Program-made: the position numbers and the translations under genes
The notes under the pieces: generated by a model
What the model was told of the DNA's origin: nothing
What the model saw: only the letters and a program-made list of their open reading frames with translations
The model's database searches: none
In this document: positions 51,308-64,000 of the stretch, one piece after another
Layout of the letters: every line of letters begins with the position of its first letter
Numbering within the stretch: position 1 is the stretch's first letter
Origin: Gnetum montanum
Taxonomy: Eukaryota; Plantae; Gnetophyta
NCBI GenBank assembly: GCA_015680685.1
Contig: MNCI01003240.1
Coordinates: 971,832-1,035,831, forward strand
Reading direction: 5' to 3'
DNA length: 64,000 nucleotides

Positions 51308-51759
51308 TTTTTAAATACATTCTAAACTCAAGATTTCTTAGCTAAATGAGGATTAGTTGCAGTTCATTGTATAACCAAGGTTCTTTAAAATTTATTGTTG
51401 TCATAACAACTAGCTTAGACACTTATTAAATTTCTACTAAGCTTATTTATTAACTTTCAAAATGAACCACTATTTACATATTTACAATCTTTGATTTACT
51501 TGAATTTTGTTAGATATTGAATAGTTGTCCAAATTAGTACTTGAGATGGAGGATTAGTTGCACTTCATTATTCAACCAAGGATCTTGAAAATATACTATT
51601 TTCATAACAACTAGGCTAGACACTTATTAAATTTATACTAAGCTTATTTATTAACTTTCAAAATGAACCACTATTTACATATTTATAATCTTTGATTTAC
51701 CTGAACTCTATTATGTATTGGATAGTTGTCCAAGGCAGTGCTTGAGATGAATGACATTA

Positions 51760-53300
51760 AATGGAAACTTTAGTTTGGTTCCATCCATCATTAATAGCTT
51801 ATTGGTATTATCCAAAACTTATTGCTTGATAACAAATGAGCCTATTCTTTTGACAAAAAATTTATTATGATCATTTCTTTTTCTTATATTACTCTAAATT
51901 CTCTTTTTAGAGGATTTCTATCAAACCATCTTTTGGTTTGCGATGCATTTATTAACAAACTATCTCTCACTTTATCAATCTTAGCTTCTCTCTTGATAAA
52001 CAAAGATATTAAACTTCTATCTTTATTCATCTTTTTGTTGTAATTCTATACAAATTTTGATGATGATGTTATGATCTTATTCGTAATTCTTACAACTATT
52101 CCATAAACTAGAATATAGGGTGAAGTGCCTATAGATTTCTTAATTTTTATGAAATTGTCCATAAAGTAGATCTTATTTGTATATTTAGCTAACTTGTTTC
52201 CTTGAGGATAATAATTTAATTAGAAGAATAGAAAAATAGATTTCTTATAATTCCAACCTATAAATTCTTTAGATTGAAATGCAAGGCCATTATCTGATAT
52301 TAACACTTCTAGCATACATAAGAAATCGTATCACATTCGAAGCTAAACTTTTGTTTAGAGCTTTTGCTTCTTTCCACTCAGTAAAATAATTTGTAGTTGT
52401 AAGTATGAACCTATGTCTAGCTTTCAAGGGAGTAATTACTACAATAAAGTTTAAGCCCCATTATTAAAATGATTTCTCTACAATTATCGGTTTCAGAGGA
52501 GCACTAGCCTTATCGATTTTCAACCCATGGATTTGAAATTTGAAATTATATTGAATATTTAAGCTAATATCTTGATATATGCTAGGCCAATAAAATTTGT
52601 ATCATATATGTACTCAGTACATTTAGGAGAATCATAAAACAAGTTTTCATGGTCATGTAATTCATCCAATACAAGCTCAATGTGATCATTTGTAACACAC
52701 TCCAATAGAGCATCTTTAACAACCTTTCTATTAAAAATCTCATCTTTCATCATAAAATTATTTATTTTTTAAAGAGAAGTTATTCTTTGACTAATAGTCA
52801 AATTATTTGGGACTTTCTTTGAAGTAAAGAATTCTAAAATTTCATCATACCAATTTTTATTATTTGAATTTAATATATAAATTTTAGGCTATTTGGCCAT
52901 GAATTTGGCTAACCTAATTTCTTAAACTAGTGTGCATAATTCTAATAAAAATTTGAATCATTAAAGCTTAGTAGTCCAATTTCATTTTGATCTAAAAATT
53001 GCTTAATTGTAGGCTTTATTATCATGATATGAATTAAAGTGCTATCTAAATAATATTTGAAAGGTATTTTTGGCTTAACAACAACATATGTTTATTTTAC
53101 TAAACCTAAATAATTTAACTTAGAATATTTAAGCTGATAACCAAAGAACTCAATTGGTTCATCTTGATAATTTTTTCTTTGTGTTAGAACTACAATAATT
53201 GAATCATTAGAAGCAAAATCATCTAGGAATCCTCCTTCAATTTAGATTTGGCTAAATATGAAGCTTCCTAGATAGCTTTTTAAATATGGTGCACAATTTT
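51760..53300 (-). pseudogene. pol: Decayed gypsy RNase H and integrase (copy 1)
   Basis: Reverse complement shows WGLNFI, ILTTTNYFTEWKEAK, SDNGLAF, TSPYILVYG; colinear with 56130-57750. Confidence 0.8.
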
Positions 53301-53329
53301 CGATGGGCACAAGATAAGATTAGCTATGG

Positions 53330-54150
53330 CTTGTAGAACCATTTTTAAATCCTTTTGTAGGGCTAAATTTTAAGTTCATGAACTAGCTTTACAAGCTAAT
53401 GTAGTAGAGCTCACTCATAGAATAGAAATCTGGCTATATGAACTATCTCTAGAAAGAAAATGACATGGCATATGCTAACATGGTAGAGCTTGCTCATAGA
53501 ATAGAATTTTGGCTCTACAAATCAGCTCTACAAAGAGGTTGACATGGTAGAGTTAACATGATAGATGTTATTTTGGTAGAGCTTGCTCATAGAATATAAA
53601 TTTGGCTCTACAAACTATCTCTATAAAGAATTAATGTGGTAGAACTGATGCAGTAGATGCTAACGTGATAGAGCTTGCTCATAGAATAGAAATCTAGCTC
53701 TATGAACTAGCTATACAAAGAGGTTGATGTGATAGATGCTAACCTGGCAGAGTTAAACTGGTAGAGCTAACATGGTAAAGATCACTCGTAGAATATACAT
53801 TTGGCTTTATAAACTAGCTTTACAAAGAGGTTGACATGGTAGATGTTGATGTGGTAGAACTTGCTCATAGAATAGAAATTTGGCTATATAAACTAACTCT
53901 ATAAAGAGGTTGATGTGGGAGAGTTCTTTTTCTTATAGAATCAAAATTAACTCCTATAAAATTATTCTATGAAGCACCTATCATTGTAAAAATCACTTTG
54001 CACTTAATTGTTGGATTAAATTTTAGCTTCATAAATTGGCTCTGCAAACTAATATGTTAGAATATTTTTTAACATACTTAAATCTTGTGAAGTAAAACTA
54101 AAATTATTTTATACAGTCATTTTTAGCTCTATGAACTTCCTCTATGAGCT
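53330..54150. repeat. Tandem array: ~65-bp core plus a variable number of ~14-bp GCTAACATGGTAGA subunits
   Basis: GAGCTTGCTCATAGAATAGAAATTTGGCTCTACAAACTAGCTCTACAAAGAGGTTGACATGGTAGA recurs at ~80-105 bp spacing. Confidence 0.85.
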
Positions 54151-55679
54151 ATCATGATGAACATACTTGGTGAAACTCCTTTTGGTTTTGGATCAAGCCT
54201 TTCTTTTTAAAATGAGGATTTCTACCCTCATTCTAATGTCATTCCTTTTCTTAGATAAAATTTGTCTCTAATCTCTACAAATTAATTTCTTAATGATCTT
54301 TAGCAAATAGAAAGATCACTTATCACAGCTAGATCAAACTCATAAAAGCTCTATAATTTAGGTCTTTGGCGTGATTTTTGAATTTAAACTAAGACCCTAT
54401 CTTTGTGAACTAGTTGAGCTTCTATGAGCTTATAAAATAAATAGAGTAAGATATTTTAGATTTTTTTACTTATATTTGAAATCCTTTATTCCAAAAAAAT
54501 AATTTAATTACAAATATTCTATTCTTCAAGGTATTCCCTAAAATTTTTCTAATCTTTGCTCAAGGCTCCTTTTTCACATAAATGTGGCATGAAAAAACAT
54601 AGCTTAATCTCATCTCATGGATATATCACACAAAGAAATAAACTCGACAATTCAAGTCTAGTGTTGTTTATTTAAGCTCTACTACATCATAAAATCTAAA
54701 CATTATTTCTATGCTAATATACATTTTTGCAATCCATTAGTCCTTTTCTTAACTTTTGAACTTAGCTTTTGAATCTTCATTCATATCATAGTCTTCACCA
54801 AAAACTTGACTTTACATCTTTGAAACTCAAAATTGTAGTGAGGACCAGATCCTTTTGTACTCTTAACTAAAAGTCCTAAATTATTTTGAGATACAAAGTC
54901 TCTTTCTTATGAAAAATGTAAGCTAATATAAACAATAAAAAACCCAAGGCTTAATTCCTACTCCATTTATGACCAAAATGTAAGAAATTTTCTTGCCCTT
55001 ATTTTTTCTAAAAAAAGATAATTATGTTAAAGGTCTTAGAGTAAGAAGATTTCATTCATTATTATGGGCCAATAGTTCATGACATTTTTATAGCTATATA
55101 CAATGATGACTTTTAGAACTAGAAATCCTTCTAAAATTTTTACAACATAACTTAAATACTTGAGGAAGTTATTCACTAAGCTTTAAAAAGTAAATATTTT
55201 TTGGGGAAAAATCCTATCAAGATTAAGGATTTAAAGTATAAGAATTCCATGCAACTTAAATGTCATGCATAATATATACATATGCCTACTTAATTTTAAC
55301 TATATGAAGACTAGTTAAATGGTGGAAGGAAAATGGTCATCATGGCCTTTCTTGGGAACTTCCTTTTGGAAGCTCCATTAAGATCTATTTCAGTTAAGAC
55401 CTCAGCCATCTTCTCATTTTCTTCATTTAGAGCACTTCATTTTCTTGATCTAGAGTCTTCTTCCTAGTTATAGACATTTTACTACTTTCACTGGTTGACT
55501 TTTTTAAACTAGCTAGTGAAGGTCTCCTCCTTTTCTTCAAATTGATGTAAATGTAATCTAGGCCCTTGACTCTTCTCTTAAGTTAGTAGATCAATGGCTT
55601 CCAAGATGAAGGCTTCTTTCCATGAATCTAAATTATTCAAATTCTCATCATTATTATTTGGTCTTGCAATTCCTGAATA

Positions 55680-55871
55680 CTAATAGTAATCACCACAAAG
55701 ATGAGCATGAATGGAAAAATAATTTGTCATGAAAGAAAATTCATCTACAAACCAAGTCATATAAGAACTAATGTATGAAGCTCCAAAGATTGAAGCTTTA
55801 TAGTAGGTCATCATGATATGTTTAGGAAAAAATTTGGATAAATAAGGGATGAAAGAACTTGTATTCACCAT
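55680..55871 (-). pseudogene. Unknown ORF downstream of gypsy integrase (copy 2)
   Basis: Homolog of 51056..51307, at the same position relative to the integrase. Confidence 0.55.
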
Positions 55872-56129
55872 TTTTCTACAAATGCTCTTAACTCAAGATT
55901 TTATTAGTTAATGGAAGATCATCCATACCTCATTATATAGCATAGGTTCTCAAAACTTTCCCACTGCTATAACTTAACTTCTTAATAAATTTTGACTAAT
56001 CCTATTTATTAACTTCAAAATGAATGTCTATTTACATATTTACAATCTTTGTTTTTTCTTAGTTCTATCAAGTATTAGATGATTGTCTAGAGTAGTGATT
56101 TAGATGGATGATATTAAACAAAAACTTCA

Positions 56130-58466
56130 ATTTGGTTCCATTCATGATGGACAACTTGTAGGTGTTATTTGACACCTATAGCTTGATAATGAATGGGCCC
56201 TTCCACTTGGCAAAAAATTTGTTTTGATCAATTTTTCTTCTCAAATTTAAAAGTAACACCAAGGTACCCATTCTAAATTCCCTTTTTAAAGTCTTATTAT
56301 CAAAGTCATCTTTTGGTTTGTGACACATTTATCATTATACTATTTCTGGCTTTATCAATTTTAGCTTTCCATTTGATAAGTAGAGATATTAGGCTTCTAT
56401 CATTGTCCATTTTTGGCTATATTTTTGTACAAACTCTGATGTTAATGTTATGATTTTGTTATTAATTCTTGTAGCTATTTCATAGACTAGATTATAAGGT
56501 GAGGTACCTATAGATCTCTTAATGTGTATACGATTTGTGCATAGAGAAGAGTGTTGATAATTATGATAGTTTTCTAAACTTGCCTCCATTGATGTTCTAA
56601 TATAAGAGATAAGCTTTTTATTTGTAGATTCAGCTAATACATTTCATTGGGGATAGTGATTGGATGAGGAAAATAGAAATCTAGATTTCTGAAAATCCCA
56701 TCTTATAAATTCTTTAGGCTAAACTGTAGGACCATTATTTGACACTAATACCTATGATATACCAAAGCAACTTAGGATATGATCTTCAAGAAAACCTATT
56801 ACATTTGAAGCTACAATTTTCTTCAAATCCTTTTCTTTCATCCACATGGTAAAACAATTTGTAGCTACAAGTATAAGACTATTTTCAAATATTTACGAGA
56901 TAATTATTCCAATGAAATCTAAATCCCATTGCCGAAATGGTCCTTTTGAAATTACTAGTTTTAGAGGAGTGTTAGCTTTTGTTGATTTAACATTCGAAAT
57001 GACATTAAATCTTCAAGCTAATATCTTGATACATGCTAGGCTAATAAAATTCATAATGTAATATGTATTACATAGTAAATTTCAATGAATCATAAAACAA
57101 ATTTGCATGATCATAAAACTGATCCAACACAAGCTCAATCATATCATTGTTGATAAATTCTAATAAAAATCCTCTAAAATCCTTCCTATATAAGATTACA
57201 TATTTCATAAGGAACTTTTTATCATTTTAATAAAATATCTTCTTTGCCTCATAGTCAAATTATCTAGGATTTTTCTTGAATCAAAGAACTCTAAACTTTC
57301 ATCATACCAATTTCCACTATAGGAATTTAATACATAAATTTTTTCTTTGGCCATTAATTTACCTAATCTCATTTCTTTTACTATTTTACATGATTCTCAT
57401 GAAAATTTAAATCCTTTATGTTTAACAATCTAATTCCTTTTTGTCAACCTAATTTCATTTTAAGCTTAAAATTACTTAATAGCAAGTTACCTTATCATGA
57501 CATGAACCCAAGCTCTCTCTATATAATATTTGAAGTGCATTAGCATTTTTATGATAAAATATTCTTATTTTTATAAACTTACATAACTTAATTCAAAATC
57601 TTTTATCTAATAACCAATGAATTTAATTGGCTCCTCTTGACCATCCTTTTTCTTAGTTAAAATTGTAGCAATCGAATGACTAGAAGTAAAAGCATACAAC
57701 CAGAAGTCTTCTTTTAATTTAGGTTCACTAAATATAGATCTTCTTGAATAGATTTTTTAATTTCTACTAATTATTTATCTAACTTTGATGTGCTTTTGAC
57801 CTAAGCATCATTCTTGAGCATATACATTAAAGGTTTGATGATCTTAGTAAATCTTGGTATAAATTTCTTGACAAAATTTATTCTCCCAAAGAAAGATCTA
57901 AGTGACTTTTAATTGGTCAGATGTTCAATATTTTGAATATCTTGGATTCCTACATTATCTTTCACTATATATTTCTAGTATATTATATGTCATAATAAGC
58001 ATCTAGAATTTACTCCAAAAGTGCTCTTCTTAGGATTCAAGGAAAGATCATAGTCTTGACATCTGTTGAAGATGTATTGTAGATGACCGATATGATCTTA
58101 TTTTTTCTTTAAAAAAGTAGTAATGTCATCTAAATAAGTTGCAATATACTTTCCTATTAATCATTTAAAAGTTATATCCATAGTTCTCTTTAAAGTGGCC
58201 CCAACATTTGATAATCCAAATGGCATCCTATTATAAGCAAAAGTTTCACACTTAGTAATGAAAGTTGTCTTATGATTATCATTTTTATTGATCATAATCT
58301 AATTATGTCATGAAAAACCATTTAGAAAAGAATATACTTGATCTCATAATACTTTAATTAGCATTTCATCAATCTTAAAAAGTAGATATTTATCCTTTTC
58401 TAAACCTTCATTTAAATTTTTGAAATCAACACATAACTTGATGTCACCATTCTTCTTCCTCATAGG
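56130..58466 (-). pseudogene. pol: Decayed gypsy pol RT-RH-INT (copy 2), cut in RT by the copia insertion
   Basis: Reverse complement: RKKNGDIKLCVDFKNLN, RMPFGLSNVGATL, YLDD, LNPKKSTFGV, FFGRINFVKKFIP, WDLDFIG, KWKGPFII. Confidence 0.9.
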
Positions 58467-59589
58467 TGGTGACCTTTTGGTATGTCAAAATGTTAATAAA
58501 AATGGAAAGAATAGTTTGTTATAGATGGTGTGTCTATAGGTCACAAACAAGAAATCTACATCATAAGGACTCAAGGAAATGAAATCTACAATGGATTGTC
58601 AAAATGGAGACTTCATAGGAAAGATGAGAGCATGGACACATATGGATGAAAATGAAGACTACAAACCAAATGAGGATGCTTCAAGGATTGGAAAGAAGAA
58701 AAATAAATGAGAAAAATCATCAAGAACCAAAGATAAATAGTTGAGGACATGTCTCCAAGAAATAGTAAATGTCTCAATTCAGAAGACTGGATTCATAGGA
58801 AGATGTCTTCAAAAAATAGAAGTTGTCCTCATTAGAAAGAATATGTCTCCATAGAGATGTTCCATTCTCCAAGGAGACATCTCCCTAGAATTAAGGTTGA
58901 ACTCAAGCAAATGTCCAAACTTCAAAGGAGATGTCTACACTAGTTGTTGCACAAACTCTGAGATGTTTTCAAAAACACCAAAGCTATAAGAAGACATAAA
59001 ATTCCTGGGAATTGTGAAATACCTATCAACATCGAAGTTATCATTGCCTATTCTATGCTATTGTACTTGTGTTCTTAATTATTTCATCATTTTCTTGATT
59101 ATAGTACTGTGCTTCAAAGTACAAGAACCTGTAATTTGAGTTACACTCATTCCTTCTTTTTTCTTTCAATGTTTTTATTGCCCTGTGAGGATGATGTGCT
59201 TCTTGTGATAAGGAATTGACATTGAGCTTGTTGGGATCCTATGAGATTTAGTGGTTTTGCAGAGCCAAAACACTTTGGAGTGGAGCTTAATTTTTTGTAT
59301 AGGCTGTGGAATCCTCTAAACCAACCTTTAAGCTTGTTGGGACCTTACGAGGTTGGAAGATTTCATAGCAATGAAACTCTTTGTATCAAAGTTCAAATCT
59401 TGTAAAGGTTTTGGTGTCCTCAAAGCCACATTTTCAAAGAAACAAAGTCCAAAGGTATGCAAGAAATCTACCCTCCAAGTGTGGTGTACCAAAGTTGGAG
59501 GACCATGTAATTTTTGTTGTGTTTTGTGTGATAAGTTTTATTTCAATTGGAGAACTTATTCAAAATACCTTCTAAGTTCTTGATCATCA
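58467..59589 (+). repeat. 5' LTR of the copia element
   Basis: TGGTGACC...CATCA; the first ~215 bp match 63785-64000. Confidence 0.88.
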
Positions 59590-59644
59590 AGTGGTATCGA
59601 AGCCTAGTATTCTTGCACTCAACATCAACTTTCAAGAGTAAGAT

Positions 59645-61255
59645 ATGGAGGGAGCATCCTACACAAAACCACCAATGTTCGATGGATTCAATTTTACCTT
59701 TTAGAAGACAAGGATGCAAGGCTTCTTCAAGTTAATGGATTTTGAGGTTTGAGAGTCTATACTTGAAGGTTACATACCACCTATCAATAATGCAACAAAG
59801 CCCCTCAAACCACAGAGCTAGTAAACATTAGAAGTGAGAGATAAGTTTATGTACAATTCCAAAGCCAAAAATTGTTTATATTATGCATTAAATAAGTCTG
59901 AATTCAATAGGATTTCTAGTTGTAGAACTGCTATGGAAATTTGAAAAAATATAGAAGCTACCTATGAAGGAGCATCCATAGTCAAAAAATCTAAACTTTT
60001 GATCTTACAAAGTGAGTATGACAAACTAAAAATAAGAGAAGGTTGAAAGATAAAAGACTTTCTCTAGGACTACTGATCTAGTTGTAGCAATTAGGGGTAC
60101 AAGAAAGGACTTACTTGAAAGTGATGTTATAATAAATATGATTAAAACACTCCAACTTAAGTTTAGATCTAAGGTTACAACTATGGAAGAAATTATAGAT
60201 TTTTTGATCTTAAAATTTGAAGAGCTTCAAAGTGCTCTTATAGCTTATGAAATGAACCTCATAAGCAAAGGAGCATTAAAAGAAAAATTCATTGGCTTGG
60301 AATCAACATCCAAAGAGAAGGACTTGGAAGATCAAGAAGTGAATAATCAAGAAGAAATTGTTCTTTTATCAAAAAGACATCAAAGGCTTTCAGAAAAAGG
60401 GGGTAAGAACTTCTATCAATAAGGATCCAACCAATTCAAAAGCAAAGGTAAGGTTAGAGGTAAGAATTTTTCAAACTCTAATTTTGATTCTTTTCGATAG
60501 AATGTTGGGCTTGTGGTGGAAGAGTCCAAGTGGCCTCCAAATGTCCTACTAATGACAAGTTGCAACAAAAACATGGAAATGATATGGACACAAAAAAGAA
60601 AAAACAACCAACCTTTACACAATTGGGGATGATGAAGAACCAAGTGATGATGTGGATGATGATACAAAACATTTACATCTCATTTTTATGACCCTCATAG
60701 ATGATAGTATTAGCCATGATCAATTTGCAAATGAAAATGATGAAGAAAGATATGATCTTTTGTGTAAGGAACTTCTATCATTTCAAAATCTCTATATAAA
60801 GTTAGATAAACACTTAAAAAAAGGATCAAGATATTTCTTTACTAAATATAAATATTTTAGATCTCACAAAAGAAATATTAGACCTAAGGACCAAGAATAA
60901 AAAACTAACCTTGACTTCTAAGCAGGCTAATTTGCAAACACTAAAATTATAAATGAAAGGATGGTCAAAGGAAAGAAATCTCTTTGAATAGTTCTTGGGA
61001 AAGGAAGAAGTCCAAATGATAAAAGTGGACTAGGCTGCTATCAGCAAGAACAAGCAACCCCATAAAAAGCATTAGAACAACAAGCTCCTTAAAAGATTAA
61101 GGTAACTACTAGCACTCCATTTACCTAAAAGGAAATTTCAAAGTCTAATACCTTTTATCAAAATATATGGGTTATATGCTATTACTGCAATAAATTTGGA
61201 CATAGGAAATGGGATTATAATTTGAAGTATTATCATAACAACCATTGGAAATAGA
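59645..61255 (+). pseudogene. gag: Copia/SIRE gag with stops
   Basis: MEGASYTKPPMFDG...NSKAKNCLYYALNKSEFNRISSCRTA...KFRSKVTTMEE...ELQSALIAYEM; zinc-knuckle remnant CYYCNKFGH. Confidence 0.85.
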
Positions 61256-61789
61256 TAAAATTTATATGTTTGTCAAATGGAGGCAACCATTGGAAATAGA
61301 TAAAATTTATATGGATGGAGATACCTCAAAATAGGGGTCTCACTCTCAAGCTTTCTAGACATCTCTTCCCCTCATCAGAAAGGAAGGTAAGTAATTAATT
61401 TACTATATTTTAACACTATAATCCTTGGTAGCCTTTCTTGAGCCTTATCTTACTGGAACCCACCTTGTAGAGACATCTTTATGAAGACGTCTCCTTAGAG
61501 ACATCTACTTTTCAAAAGAGACATCTACTTCTTAAATGAGACATCTCCATGTGTTTCCTTTAGTCATGGTAGAGATGTTTACTTCTTAAAGGGGATTTCT
61601 ACCTATGTTTTTAAAGTATGACATACATGTCTATTTTTCAAAAGATATGTATTTATTTGTTCTAAAATCCTTGTTTAGCACTATTATAAAAATCCACTCT
61701 CATTTTTCCATTCATTCAAACATAAACATCCAAGGGGAGATGATTACGGTTTCACTAGTATCTATGAGTTGTGCTATTTCTTCAACATT

Positions 61790-63420
61790 AACTATCCACA
61801 ACAAGGTATAAACATCAAGAGTGCTGCCTAAGAGAAGTAAGAAATTAAAAGAAGCTTCCACCATCACTGCAAATACATACAATCATCAGTTCAAATCACT
61901 GAGTGCCCAACACTAGTTTGAGGTAACTTGAATCATTTCTATTATTTCTAAGCATTCTTTCTTTTCCATAGGATAGATAAAGGGAATTAATGAGTTTCTA
62001 TCAAGTATTGAATTGGGCTACCTTCATTTCTATGAATTTATGTGTGCTTGAAATTCTCATTAGAGAATTCTATGATAACATGGTTATTACAAATTCTTTT
62101 GTTAGGGCCTTCACTACCATGGTTGGGGATTTGCTACTTGATGTGTCTCCTCAAGTTGATAATGCATTACTTGGGATTTCTAGTGTTGATGTGTTTAGAG
62201 TCACTATTCATTCCATGAGTGCCAGCTTTATGAATGGGGTAACTCTAGGTTTCCAAGATGAATTTTGTGATGCATTATTTAGGGAGTTAGTGGCTCTTCA
62301 TAGTGGAAGGATTGATAGGCGTTAAAGGGCCCCATATGCTTTCATCCTATCACTCATTGTTTTGTATAACATCATTGTAAAAGGGAAAAGCTATAATTAG
62401 TTTTTGCCAATCTAGTGATTTTTTTATACTACCGTATTATAGGACAATTATTAGACTTGGGTCATACTCTTTTTTGTGACATGTTGGGTTTGTTTACCAA
62501 GGAAAGAATCCTTGGAAACCCTTACCTCATCAGTTTTTTAATTCAATAGAGGGGTGTTCCCATTTCTAACATGCCTTTTCTTAAAGGAAAGTGGAGCCAT
62601 AGTAAGTATGCAGAGAAGAGGATCTCCATTCATGTTGAATAAGTAGAAACCAACACTAGGCTTTAAAAGTCCTAAAATAAGAAATCTAAATCACTATCTA
62701 GGACCTTTCCTCAGTTGAGAAGGTCCAAATAAACTAGCAACCAAACAAGATCTTCATTGAATAAGCTACTTAGGTCATTTTCTCATACCTTGAGGATGAT
62801 TGATAGGAATATCTCTTACCTCTATAAGAAAATGGACATAGCCAAAGTATCTCTTCCTCCTAATGGGTAGAAGTTTGAGAAGGTCACCACTCCTTCCATT
62901 TCATATAGTGAGGAGGATCTTCCTATTCCATCCAAACATTTAGTCGTAGCTAAGCCTTCTTAGTTATATGATTCAAGAAATTCCTTCGATTAGGATGAGC
63001 TTGATGCACTAGTGGCTCATGTCTAGGGGGATCTTCCTAATCTCATGCAAGCTAGACCCAGTTCCCTTCATCCAGATGATGCTTCGACAACATTTGAGTA
63101 GCAGGATATGGAGAACATCTTTGAAACTACCTCTTAATGAAGAATTTTCAATACTATCACCTATTAGAGGAAAGATGGTTCATCCTCCTCTTAGTAGGCT
63201 CCATCCTATCAAGATCCACTAGCTTCATCTCAAATTTGAGTTGAGCTTCATCCATGGAAAGCTCTAGTCCAGCTATCCTCTTCAAATGATGATAGTGAGT
63301 AGCATGTCTCTAGCTCTTGTACTAGTAGTGATGATGATGAGGAGGAGATATATAGACCTTCTCATGCTATGGCTTCTTCTGGTGAGGATTTGGATGATGC
63401 AACTAAGGTTAGTGGTTAGG
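61790..63420 (+). pseudogene. Extra ('env-like'/putative plant transposon protein-type) ORF, decayed
   Basis: LNWATF...LIREFYDNM...FTTMVGDLLLDVSP...LLGI pattern, typical of extra ORFs in SIRE/Athila elements; acidic Ser-rich tail. Confidence 0.65.
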
Positions 63421-63784
63421 ATGCTCAGATGATCTCTCCTTTTTGATGATGTCCAAAAAGTGGGGATAGTTTTTGGTCTATCACATCTGGATAGATATTC
63501 TTATACATGTCTATGGATATATCAACAATGTTATGTTTTAAGGACTTTTTGAATATGCTTATGTATTGTAATATTATGGAGATAGTTTTTACCTTGGGAA
63601 ATCCTTTTTTATCTCTTTTGATCTCTACCTTGTACCTTGAGCTTTAGAGCCACATCCTAGTGATAACTTTGGCTACCATTAAAATTTATATGTCTTAAAT
63701 TATTTTTATCATTTACTATCATTTAAATTGCATAATTACTCATCCATTTTCTTAAGTTTTGACCATCATTAAAAAGGGGAAAAT

Positions 63785-64000
63785 TGTTGACCTCTTGGTT
63801 TGTCAAAACCTTTAGAGAAATGAAGAGCATAGTTTGTTATGGATGATGTCTCTACGAGTCATGAACAAGAACTCTACAACATAAGAACTCAAGGAAATGA
63901 AACCTACAATGGATTTTCAAAACGGAGACTTTGTAGGCAAGATGAGAGCATGGATACATATGGATGAAAATGAAGACTAAAAATCAAATAAAGATGCTCC
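63785..64000 (+). repeat. Start of the copia 3' LTR (runs off the window)
   Basis: TGTTGACCTCTTGG follows the PPT; matches 58467 onward. Confidence 0.88.

Larger units (their letters stand above)
58467..64000 (+). mobile_element. Non-autonomous Ty1/copia element, SIRE-like (gag plus extra ORF, no pol)
   Basis: LTRs at 58467-59589 and 63785 to the window end; Met-type PBS TGGTATCGAAGC at 59592; PPT AAAAAGGGGAAAAT near 63771-63784 plus an upstream PPT-like tract near 63455. Confidence 0.85.

Overview
Eukaryotic DNA, almost certainly heterochromatin from a large-genome land plant. The window is a nest of decayed LTR retrotransposons; no intact host gene, rRNA/tRNA gene or CRISPR locus is seen. 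1-40695 holds four related Ty3/gypsy elements of the Tat (Ogre/Retand-like, RT-RH-aRH-INT) group. Element C (+, ends at LTR 39135-40695) carries element Y in its gag; Y carries element X in its integrase; and C also carries the complete ~19 kb element B (-, 11600-30572, TSD GGCAT). B and C share an unusual layout: gag-PR, then a multi-exon antisense gene (plant-mobile-domain-like plus coiled coil), then pol. Their ORFs are flanked by sense-strand arrays of a short motif that folds as an H-type pseudoknot with compensatory changes in both stems. 41892-47399 is a non-autonomous LTR element carrying an intronless CCR4-type deadenylase (EEP) domain. 47400-58466 contains two very decayed gypsy pol copies with a shared downstream ORF and repeat arrays. 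58467-64000 is a pol-less SIRE-like copia element. All analysis was by eye; coordinates of decayed ORFs are approximate.
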